This document shows, piece after piece, positions 31,501 to 43,500 of a stretch of DNA of 64,000 bases. The notes below the pieces were generated by a model, which did not search any database, was not told the origin of the DNA, and saw only the letters and a list, made by a program, of their open reading frames with translations. This DNA is from an uncultured bacterium (GTDB lineage: Bacteria; Bacillota; Clostridia; Christensenellales; UBA1242), in assembly GCA_949474265.1 (NCBI GenBank), contig CASXBC010000001.1, positions 84,216-148,215 of the forward strand. Direction: 5' to 3'. Position numbers and translations under genes: made by a program. The number at the start of each line of letters is the position of its first letter. Position 1 is the stretch's first letter.

Positions 31501-34500
31501 GTTCAATCAAACTTACAAATGATGAAGGCTTTACATATTCTTATTACACAGTAAAATCAAGTGCTATTGACCCTGAGACAAGAGATGGTTCTCTCAATAT
31601 TGAGGGGGACGGCTCACTTGTTATTAAAATTTATTACACAAGAAATTCATACACACTTACAATCAACTATGTAAAAGCAGGAAACAAAGTTGTTAGACCT
31701 GCCGTAACAAGTGTGCTTAAATACGGAAAAACATACAGTGTTGATTCTCCTGTTGTGACAGGTTTTGAAATTGAAGCTGGAAAAGAAGTTGTCAGTGGAA
31801 CTATGACTGCATCTGACACAACAATCAATGTGCTTTATACAGCAAACAATTACACAATCACTTATGTGACAGAAGGTGGAGAGTTTATTGGTACTGCAAA
31901 TGTAGATTATACAGTAAACTTCACAATTGAAGACCAAATCAAACTTGCTTCTTTGACAAAAACAGGTTGGAGCTTTACAGGTTGGACTGTTACTGCAATT
32001 GACACTGATGCTTATGTGGATGTGTCAGGGGAAGCTGGAAAGTTTGTACTTGGTCATGTTTATAAAGAAAGTGCTATTGATGCTGGAATGTTTGGAAATG
32101 TTACTCTTACTGCAAATTGGACAGAGAGAGGAGATATTGCTTACAAGATAAACTTCTTCCTCATGGATGTAAAAGGAAGTTATACTGATGTTGAGGCAAT
32201 AGTTGTTTCAAGAGATGATGGTATGACAGGCAAGCCTTTAAGTATTGAAGTTGGCGATGACAATACTGTTTTGACTGTAAACGGAAAAGATTATTCTTAT
32301 GACGGATTTAAAGTAAACGAAACACTTTCAAACCTTAATGTTGTGGTTAATGGAGACGGAACAACAGAGTTTAATGTTTACTTTGACAGAAATCAATATT
32401 CTCTTGAGATTGAAAAACAACTTGGTATTAAGAGCGTAAAAGTTAAAGTTGGCGACAATGCTGAAGTTGAATACTCAGGTAAACTTGATATTTACTATGG
32501 TGAAAATATTAAGATTTCTGTGACAATGGAAAATGGTTCTTCTTGGGAAGGATATGATGTTGAAGGTACAACTCCAACAGGACTTCTGACAACAAACGAT
32601 TTGGCAAACCTCGTTCAAGAAGTTTCAATGGGACTTGGCAATGCAAAACTTATTGCAAAGGCAAGCACAAACTCTTACACTTTGACAATAGATGCAAATG
32701 GTGGTTTGTATCAAGATAATGAAACTCTTGAAGTTAGACAAACATATCAAAGCTCTTATGTTTTCGACACTCCAACACGTATAGGTTATACATTTGATGG
32801 CTGGACACTTGAAAGTGGTGCTTATGGTAAAATCACAGAAAGCACTGCATCAGACGGACAGACTATTTACACTTACACATTTGGTGCTGGTGATGACACC
32901 GTGACAGCAAAATGGAAAGTGAATAGATATGAAGTTGTGCTTAATTTCAATGATAAAAACTTCTCAAATGGCTCAACTTTTGCAACTATTGATAAGATTA
33001 AAACAAACTCAAATGAGGTGCTTAGTATTGTCGGTGGAAAGTTGGCTTTGTTTGCGGTTTATGGAGAAAGCTATGCTAAACTCTATACAACAATAGACGG
33101 AGATGATTTTGTATCCTTTGAAGAATTTGATGTAAAAGAAAATGCTGAAGAAATCAAAGTTGAAAGGACAGGTTATGTGCTTTCTGGCTGGACAACAGCT
33201 CTTGAAAATGGCACAAAGGTTTCTGTTGACACTGTATGTCAAGTTGTCAACACAACAGAGGTGTTTGCAACTTGGAATACCAAGAAGTTTACTCTTACAA
33301 TTTCAAAACCTCTTGACAAATTGATTGTTGATGTGGCAAATGCTACCAAGCTTTCAGACAATGAATATGAAGTGTTGTTTGACAGCACAGTTACTTTGAC
33401 GGCAACAACAGAAACAGGTTATCACTTTGCAAGCTATTCTATTGGAGAAGATGAACTTTCTGACCAAGCAAACTTTAGCTATACATATACCAATGCAGAA
33501 AACGTAACAATTGTTGCAACTGCAGAGGCAAATACATACACAATTGTTTATAATGCAAACGGTGGAAGCGGTGCTGTTGAAAACACAGTTGCTACCTTTG
33601 ACGGTGAGACAACCTTGTCAAGTGGTGCTGGTTTTGACAAAAATGGCTACACTATATCTGGCTGGTTGTATGAAGCAACAGGAAACACTTATGCTCTTTC
33701 AAGTAAGACGACAGACAACTTTACTTCTGAAAATGGCTCAACAGTTACACTTCTTGCTGTTTGGACAGCAAACACTTACAAAGTTGTGTTTGATACAAAT
33801 GGTGGAAGTGACGTTGGTGAAGTGACAGCAACTTATGATGTCGCTGTGGCTATCACACAAGAGACAACAAAGCAAGGTTGGGATTTCTTAGGTTGGTCAA
33901 AAGTCAACGGAAAGACTTTGGCTGATGTGACAGAAATCACTGAAGAAAATATAGAAGATATGACAGATTATCTTCTTGAAAACAAAATGGCTGGAGGTCT
34001 TTACCTTTACAAAGGAACATTCTATTTCTTCAACCTTAAGTCTGGCAACAATGAAGAAATTACTTTATTTGCAATTTGGGATGAAGGTGATGCAAATTAT
34101 GAAATAGAATATTACCTTGAAAACTTTGATGGTAGTTTTGTACTTGATAAAGACACAACAGAGTTTGGTGATGATTTCGTAAGTCACAGTGAAACAGTTG
34201 CAAGCAAGACAAATGCAACAGCAACTATTGACACCTCAGTGACATACAAAGGTTTTACACTTGATTTGTCAGCACCAAACACTCTTACAGAAGGACTTGT
34301 GCTTGCTGATGGTTCTCTCAAACTCAAACTCTTCTACAGAAGAAATGTTTACACAGTTGACTTCAAACATCAAGACCTTGGTGTTGAAAGTGCAACTGCA
34401 ACAACTACAACTGAGAATGGTGCAGGAGCAAATTCAAACACCTTCAAATATAATTCAAATGTTACAATTACAGTTAAAGAAAGCAAGGGGTATCGCTTTG

Positions 34501-37500
34501 AAGAAATTATCTTTGGAGATACCCATTTGACTGAGACAACCTATTCATTTGTTATTACAGATAATATGCAATTTGAAGTTAAGGTTACAGCTCTTCCATT
34601 TGACTATCTTGTTAGCTTTGAATTTGAGACACTTGAGGGTGGAGCATTTGAAAAGGGAGAAATTGAAGATGTAACTCTTTCTGCAGATGTTGACACTGTT
34701 ATTACTTATGACATGATTGCTGAGGCAGTAGAAACTGCACAAGCCTCAATTGTTGGATTTACATACAAAAACTTTGATGAAGACAAGAGAGTTTTGCCGG
34801 TGGTTGATGAAACTGACGAGGCTCAAGTAGTGGTTGTTAGATTTAGCAGAAATGCTTATGACCTCACTCTAAGTAGAGTGTTGGGGGTTAAAACTCTTAC
34901 AGCAACTGAAAACGGTGAAGTAGTTAAGAAAACAAATGAAGATTTAGAAAACAAATCAACAACCTATTCAGTAAAATATCAAGCGGAAGTTGTTTTGAAT
35001 CTTGAAGTAGAACAAGGCTATTCATTCAAGAGTTGGTCAGATGAAATTGTCAAAGGAACAGCCGACAAACTTGAAGGAGTTGTCTCAGGCTTTAAGATTG
35101 AACAAATGCCTGCAGAAAACAAGACAATCTTTGCTGAACTTTCAACTTTGAGTGTTGAGTTTACAATAGTTAAGAAACTTCAAAACTTTGCTGGAGATGG
35201 TTGGATTGATGACCCAACATTAAACGAGACTAAAGAGGCTCCAACAGGAAGCGAACTCGAAAGTCTTGACAGCTTCAATCTTAAAGATGTTGAAGGCTTT
35301 ACACGTTCTACATTTGAGCAAAGCGAGCCAATCAAAGGTGATGGAAGCTCAAAAGTTGTTGTTTATTATCTTAGAAATTCTATCAATGTCACAATTGCGT
35401 TGAGCGAAGGTGTTGCAAGTGTTCAAGTTGTGGTTTCTGAAGAGGATGGCAAATATTCATTCACAAAAGAATTTACAAATGCGACAGAAGATAAGTCATT
35501 TACTATCAAGTATGGAGCAACAGCAACAATCTCTGCAACAGCAACAAACGCAGGTTACACTCTTACAGGCTTTAATGGCGGTGTAAGTCAGGACCCTGAT
35601 GATAAACATTATTATTTTGTGGCTGGAGCTGAGGACATTAATATTGTTGCGACAGCAGAAAACAACAAGTATAACATTGTTTACAATGCAAATGGTGGTA
35701 TGCTTGCTGGAAGCTCAGAAGATACTTTCAAACAAGAAAATGTAATCTACAACAAGACAACAACTCTTCTTGAAAATAGATTTACAAAAGCAGGTTATGG
35801 TTTTGAGTCATGGAACACTGCTGCAGACGGAAGTGGAACAACTTATGAAAGACTTGCTTCATTTACATACGAAGAAATTGGAGATTTGACACTTTACGCA
35901 CAATGGGCTCCAATCAAATACAATGTTGTTTATTCTCCAAATGGTGGAGAAGGAAACATGGATGGTCATAATGATGTTGTTTATGACCAAGAAATCACTC
36001 TTAAGGAAAACAACTTTACTCGCACAGGCTTTACTTTTGCTGGTTGGTCATATACTGACAGTGAAGGAGAGAAAGTGATTAAGAATGCTGGAGATAAAGT
36101 CAAGAATTTGACATCAAATTCTTCAGAGACAGTGATTATCAATGCAGAGTGGAATGAAAACTCATACAATGTTGCTTACAACTCAAACTACACTTCAATA
36201 GACAGTGCTTCAACTGATGTAAGCAAGACTGTTGAAACTGTGAGATACACAGAAGAGTTTGGCTTGAGAAATGTTACTGATTCTGCTCTTAACTTTGCGA
36301 TTTTGGGTTATGAATTTGTTGGTTGGACACTTGATAAGTCTGATGTAAGCAATCCACAAAAAGCTGGAACACTTGTATCTAAGCTTGCTACAGGCACAAC
36401 TGATGACAATTTGGTTACTTACTATGCAATTTGGAAACCTGTTCACTACTTTATTGCATTTGATGCAAATGGTGGACATGGAGATATGACTCAAATTGAT
36501 GCAACCTATGGCGAAGAAGTTTCACTTCCAGCAAACACATTCACAAAGACGGGCTATGATTTTGCTGGCTGGGCACTCTCTTCAACAGGAGAGGTTGTTT
36601 ATGCTGACCAAGCATCAGACGTTAAAAATCTTGCAACTACAACAGATGCAGTAGCTACACTTTATGCAAAGTGGACTGCTACACCTTACACAATCACAGT
36701 TAATGCAAACAAGGGTACATTCAATGGACTTGAACTTGCTGACGACAAATATGTTTACACATACACAATTGAAGATAATATTACTTTGCTTGACGAGACA
36801 AACTTGACAAGAAGAGGATACAGCTTGCTTGGATTTACTTACAGTCAAACTGAAGGAAATTGGGCTGACAGATTTGTTGGAAGTATTGTCTTTGATGACC
36901 TTGATGAAAACTCACTTGCTGCTGGACTTTATGGAGATGTTCAACTTACTGCTTCTTGGTCAGTAAATCAATATAAACTTACCATAAACTATGTTTACTT
37001 AAATGGAACTCCATCAGATGCAAGTGACATCCCTTCTTACTCAACTTATGTTGACTTTGAAGGAGAGTATTCAGTTACGACTCAAGAGATTGCTGGTTAC
37101 ACTCCAGACAAGCTTGTTGTTTCTGGAACTATGGGTGCAGAAGATATTGTTGAAACAGTTACATTCTCTCCAAATTCATACACAATTGAGTTTAATCTCA
37201 ATAATGGAGTGGGCTCTTCACAAGCAAGCTTCAAATACAATGACAAGGACATAACTTCATTTACTGTTGTGTTTGATGATATTTATGCAAACGCAAAACT
37301 TGATGGAGTTGATGAGAAAGTTTGGAACATTGTTCCTACTCGTCCTGGTTATAGATTTGATGGCTGGTTTAGTTCTTCTGCTCTTGACAAAGAAGTTTTA
37401 GCCAGTGATGTTGTTAAGATTCTCGCTACAACAACCCTCTTTGCTAAATGGACTGCTGTTGAGACAACTTACTATGTTGACTTCAAGTTTGAAACTCTTG

Positions 37501-40500
37501 ACGGAAGTGACTTTGAAATCATTGAAACATTGCAGACTTCACTTACAGGAAGGGGAATCTCAGACACAATGGTGACAGAAGCAATGGTTAAGGCTCTTTT
37601 GCCAAACGGAGAATATCCAAGCTTTGCTGGATACAACTTCAAGAATGTTGTGCTTGGAAATATCAATGCAAATGGAGATTCTAGAATAGTTGTCAACTAT
37701 GAAAGAAAATATTTCCGTTTGAGTGTGACAAAGGGCGTTGGTGTTGATAGGGTAAATGTTTCTTGCAATGAAACCCTTGCACCTGAACAAGATGCTGACT
37801 TCTACTTCTCAAAACTAGAAGACAACTTGTATCAAGTGAGATTTGGTGCAACAATCACATTGGAAGCTGTCATTGACAACAATGGATATGCTTTTGACAG
37901 TTTTGTTGCAACAGGGGCTACACTTGAAACAACTGACAACACTGCAAGCTTTGACTTTGGTACAACAGATGTATCAGTTTCAGCAAATGGAGTGCCAAAA
38001 CATTACACAATTACATTCAACGGAAATGGCGGACAAATATTGTCTGGCGATACTACATATATTCAACAAGATGCTGAAGGCGAAAACAATGTTGTATATA
38101 TGAAAGATGTAAATCTTGTTGCAAACAGATTTACAAGAACAGGATACAACTTTGCTGGTTGGGCAATTTCACAAGCAAATGCCAATGCAAAAGTTGTTGA
38201 CTATGCAGATTTGGATACTTACAAAATGACAGAGTATTCAGAAAATGTTGATTTGTTTGCTGTTTGGACTCCTATCCCTTACAGAATTATTCTTGAAGGA
38301 AGCAATGGAGTTGACACAAGCAAAGCGACAATTGTTGTTGGTGACACTGTTATGACTTATGTTGATGGCGTGACAGTTGACTTTGACAGTGTGGTAAAAA
38401 TTTATTACACTTACACTAATGACGAAGGTCAAACAAACAGCGTTGTTGCTGGTGGTTATGACTTTGCAAACTTTGAAGTTGATGGAACTGTTGTTGAAAG
38501 CGAAAAAGCTTATTATGAGTTTACTCTTAAGGGCGAAACAGTAATAAAACTCAATGCAACAGCAAGAACTGACACAAAGTTTGTTGTAAAATATACATTG
38601 CAAAATCTTGATGATGAAGACTACACTGAAGTGGTTGCTGACAGACAAACTCTTGAAGGAGAAACTGACAGAATTGTAGATTACAACTATCTTAAGAATG
38701 TTCTTAATGTTGTAAATAGCTATGAAGGTTATGCTTACTCTTCAGTTGTTGATGCAATCAGTGGCGGAACTCCAATCATCAGATATCACAATGATGACAA
38801 AAATTATTCTGAAGTTGAAATCAGATATGTAAGACTCAACTATGACCTTACACTCAACTCTTCAGTTGGTGTTCAAGAATTTTTTGCACAGGGTGGAACA
38901 AGCGGAAATCTGTTTGAAGTAAACGGAATTTATAAAGTTACTTATGGCACTCCTGCAGACATTATTTTGAATATGTATCCTGGTTATAGCTTTGATGGAC
39001 TTACAGTTGTTGTTTCAATGATGGAAGGCTCTGTTGCACTTACTAATGATGGAAAAACATCATGGCAACTTACTGAAAAAGCAGATGGATTCTACTTTGG
39101 AGAAAAACTTGTTGTTAAGTTGACTCGTGATGGCAGTGCTAGTGGTGCGATGCTCACAATTGGTGATTTCAAACTTGAAAGCATGCCTGCTTATGCAGTT
39201 GAAATCACAACTTCAAGTCATGCAAATGATTATGAGGTTACTTACCACAGAAATCTTAATGATGAGGATGTTGAAAGCAACACAGACAATTGGACTTTTG
39301 GACAACCTTATGATATTAAAAACATTAAAACTCTCGGCTGGAGCAAAGCCGGCTATGAGTTTGTTGGTTGGGCAACTTCAAAAGAAAATGCAGACAAGAA
39401 AACCCCTACATACACTTTTGCAGATGACAACGACCTTAGCTTTGACGCTTACGACACAGTTGGTGATTTAGAGCTTTGGGCAGTTTGGGCTGCAATTGAT
39501 GTTGATTACACAATTGAATATTACTTTGAAAAGGTTGACGGAACTTACGAACTTAAAGAAGAACACACTGCTCATCTTAAAGGAAAGACAGACAGCACAG
39601 CAAACCATGTTCTTCTCAATGACTCAGCTATTGCTGGTTTTGAGTTTGATGAAGAAAATGCAAACAATCTGCTTTCTGGCACAATAAAAGCTGACGGAAG
39701 TTTGACTCTTAAAGTTTATTACTCAAGATTGTGGTATGAATTTATGCTTGGTTATGATGGCGGTTTTGAAACAGTTTCAATAACTGTTGACGAAAACAAT
39801 ATCAAAAACCTCAAAAATGACACAGAAAAATATCTTATTACTGCAAGCATTAAATATGGTGCGACAGTGTCAATAACCAAACAAGTTAAGGAAGGATATG
39901 AATATGTTGGAATGACAACAGTTCCTGCTGGACTTACAGTGACAAATGACAGTTTTGAAATGCCAATCTCAAACGTTTCAATTTCTATGACAACAAAGCC
40001 AATGGAATTTACATTGACATTCAAGACTGAATTTGGTGGTTATACTGATAGTGAAGGCGTACTTCAAACAACTCACGAGCAGAAATTTACATACCTTACA
40101 AAACAAAAACTTTGGAAAAATCAATTTGAAAGGTCTGGTTTTGTCTTCCTTGGTTGGTCTTATGAAAATGCAGATAATATTGACTATGTAGATGAAGCAG
40201 AGTTTGAATACAATATTGCAAGAGACATTGAGTTTGTTGCAGTTTGGGAAGCAAACAGAGACACTCCATTTACAGTAAACTATTATTTGCAAAAGATAGA
40301 TGGCACTACTTCACTCTATCAATCAATGAAACTTCAAGGTGTGACAGGTGAGCCTGTTTCAATCAGATATGTTGAAGAAGGCTTTAAACAACTTAATGTA
40401 GAACATAAAGGCTATAAGTTTGTTGGGCTTAGAGAGACAGACACAATTGTATCAGGTGACGGAAGCACAGTTGTTTCTGCTGAATATGCTTTGGCAAACT

Positions 40501-43500
40501 TCAATGCAAGCTTTGATTTTGCAGACAGCTTGGCTGTTGCAGGAATAGCAAAAGTTGAGTTTACTTATGGCTCAACAAGCGGAGAAGTGACAAAGACTGT
40601 TGTCTCAGGTTCAAGCGAGACAGTGCAATATAATGCACCTCTTACAATCAACATTTCATTTAATGATGGATACAAACTTAAGTCATTGACTGCAACAGGA
40701 AAAACTTTCTCAAATGTTGTTAGATATCCAGATGCTGATGGAAACATCAAATTTAATATGCCTGCTGAGGATATTGAGATAACTATTGAAGTTGAAACTG
40801 AAGAATATCAAATTAAGTTCTTCAAAAACTTCAAGAATGATTTGTCTTACACAACTCAAGATGTGAGATATTTGGAAGATAATGTAAAACTCTCAGGAAA
40901 TTACATTGAAGTTGGCTATCAACTTCTCGGTTGGGCAACAACTACAAATGGTGCTGTGAGCTATGCAATTGGCGAAACCATTGCAAAATACAACGAGACT
41001 CAAGGACTTGAACTCTATGCAGTATGGCAAGCAAATTCTTACACAATAGCTTTCAGCAACAATGGTGGCTCTGAGACAATTGCAAACATAACAACAGCCT
41101 TTGACACTGTGACCATGCTTCCAAATGAAACTACATTTAGAAAGACAGGTTATCAATTTGTTGGTTGGTCAACAAATCCAAACACAAGCGAAGTGATAAA
41201 TGTAAACAGTGATTTGGATATTTCTGCTAGAGGTATTTACTTCAGCAGAGCAAACAACAGATATTATGTTTTGAACTTGGCAAACGGCACAGAAGATGAC
41301 AATTATGTCACTCTCTATGCAATCTGGTCTGCAATTAAATATAATGTAACACTTTCATTCTCAGAAACTTCAACAACAGAGAAAGAACTTGGTGAATTTA
41401 CTTATGACCAAGATTACACGGTTCAACCATTTACAACTCTTGGTTGGGCAAATCAAGGTTACACTTTCCAAGGCTGGTATTATTATGCTGATGGCGGTGT
41501 AAAACAAGAGATACGTTGTGGAGAGACAGAAACTTGCACAGTTAGAAATCTCAGTGCAACCAAAGAGAAAGATGTTAGACTTTATGCTATTTGGGGACTT
41601 GGAGAGGCAGAATTTACAATCAGAATTTTGCTTGAAACCATGAATGGAAACTATGGCGAAGCTTCTGGTCAGTATATTGATATTACAGGAAACAAGATTC
41701 GCACAGAGACATTGCTCACAAGTGAATATGTTTACAATCAATATCTTATGAACAGTGCTGCTGGCACAATTGAAGGTTTTGAGTATTTCAAAACATACCA
41801 AGACTCTCAAACAGTGCTTGGAGATGGCACAACTGTTATTAAAGTTCAATATGCAAGAAGATATTTCAGCTTGATTGTCAACCTTGACAGCAGTGTTTCA
41901 AAAGTTGAAATTGCAACAGAGTACAACACTCATATTCTTGATTCAAAACTTTCAAGTGCAACAAGAACAGTTTGGTCAGTGTTGTTTGGAGATAAGGTTA
42001 CTTTGACCTTGACAGAAAACCAAGGCTATAAAGATGCCCTTATTGAACTCGTGGCAGACGAAAGCGTGCAAGGGGTAAATCTAAACGGAAAGACTTTCTA
42101 TATGAAAGGTTCTGACGGAAACAAAGACCTTGGTGGAAACATCACAATCAATGCTTTGGCTGTGCCAAGAGATGATACAGAATATTCAATCAACATCTTT
42201 AAGCAAACACTCAATTTGGATTATGCAAATCTTGCAAGCCACGTGATTAAAGGCACAGGCAGAACAGGAAGTGCAATCAATAGCGACACGGTTAAAGTTT
42301 TGGTTGAAGGAAACAGCTCAATTGATTTTACAGGCTTTACATTTGCATCAATCACTTTGGTTGATGAAGTGATTAAAGGTGATGGAAGCTCGGTTGTTAA
42401 TGTCTTCTATACAAGAGAAAGATTTGAGGTCTCTGCATCAACTACAAACACAAAAGCAATAAATCTTCTCTTTGAGACTGCTCAATATTTATATCAAGAA
42501 TCTGCACTCATTAGGTTTAGACTCAACAAGGGATATTCTCTTGATGAGACTACAGGCATAGCATTCTATGACAACCTTGGCAATGCAGTTTTAGATGCAG
42601 ATTATACTGTTGTTAAAGCAGAGACAAGCACAGGTGTTTGGGATTATACTATCAACCTAAAAACTCCTGCAAAGAATGTAAGAGTGGCAATTGTTCCTAC
42701 TGTAAATACAAATACAGAATATACAATTGAATACAAGTTCCAGAGCTTAAATCTTGGCAATGAATATGAAAGCTTGCCTGCTTACCCTGCTATTAAGAAA
42801 ACAGGAAGGACAGAGCAATTGATTACTAATGCAGACATTGACTTAGAAGCTTTACAAGTTGAAGGCTTTACTGCAGATAGAACTTCTCTTGGTGAAGAAG
42901 GTGTTGAGATAGCTGGAGATGGTTCAACTGTAATTACAATTTACTTCAACCGTATTAAGAAGAATGTAAATGTAATCTTTGTTGATGAAAACAATGGCTA
43001 TGTTGCAGACTCATTCACAATTCTTGCTCAAAACAAAGTGCCTGAAGTTGTTTCAACAATGATTTGGTCAGTTGGTTTTGGTCAAACTTTGACAACAAGC
43101 TTTAACATCTCAGAAGGCTTTACATTCAAAGGCTATCAAGTAAATGGAAAAGCTCAGACAATTAATGTGACAGGAAGAACAATGACCTATGTTGTTGGCT
43201 CCGCTGATGACATTAATGATGAAGAAATTAATATTACAATCACAATCGAAGCAAAGACAGACATTGTTTATACCCTTATCTACTATGCTCAATCTTATGT
43301 TGGCGGACAATATACTTATGGAGACCCTGTGCTTACAGTTACAAGAAGAGGCACAGCGAATGCTTACCTTTCAAAAGAGTATATCCAAGAAAACTTCATT
43401 GATGGACTTCCTTCTCTTCCTAACTACAGAGAAGAAAACTTCAAGGGTGTGGTCTTTGGATTCTATACTGCAACAATGTATGGCAATCAAGTTGACAACT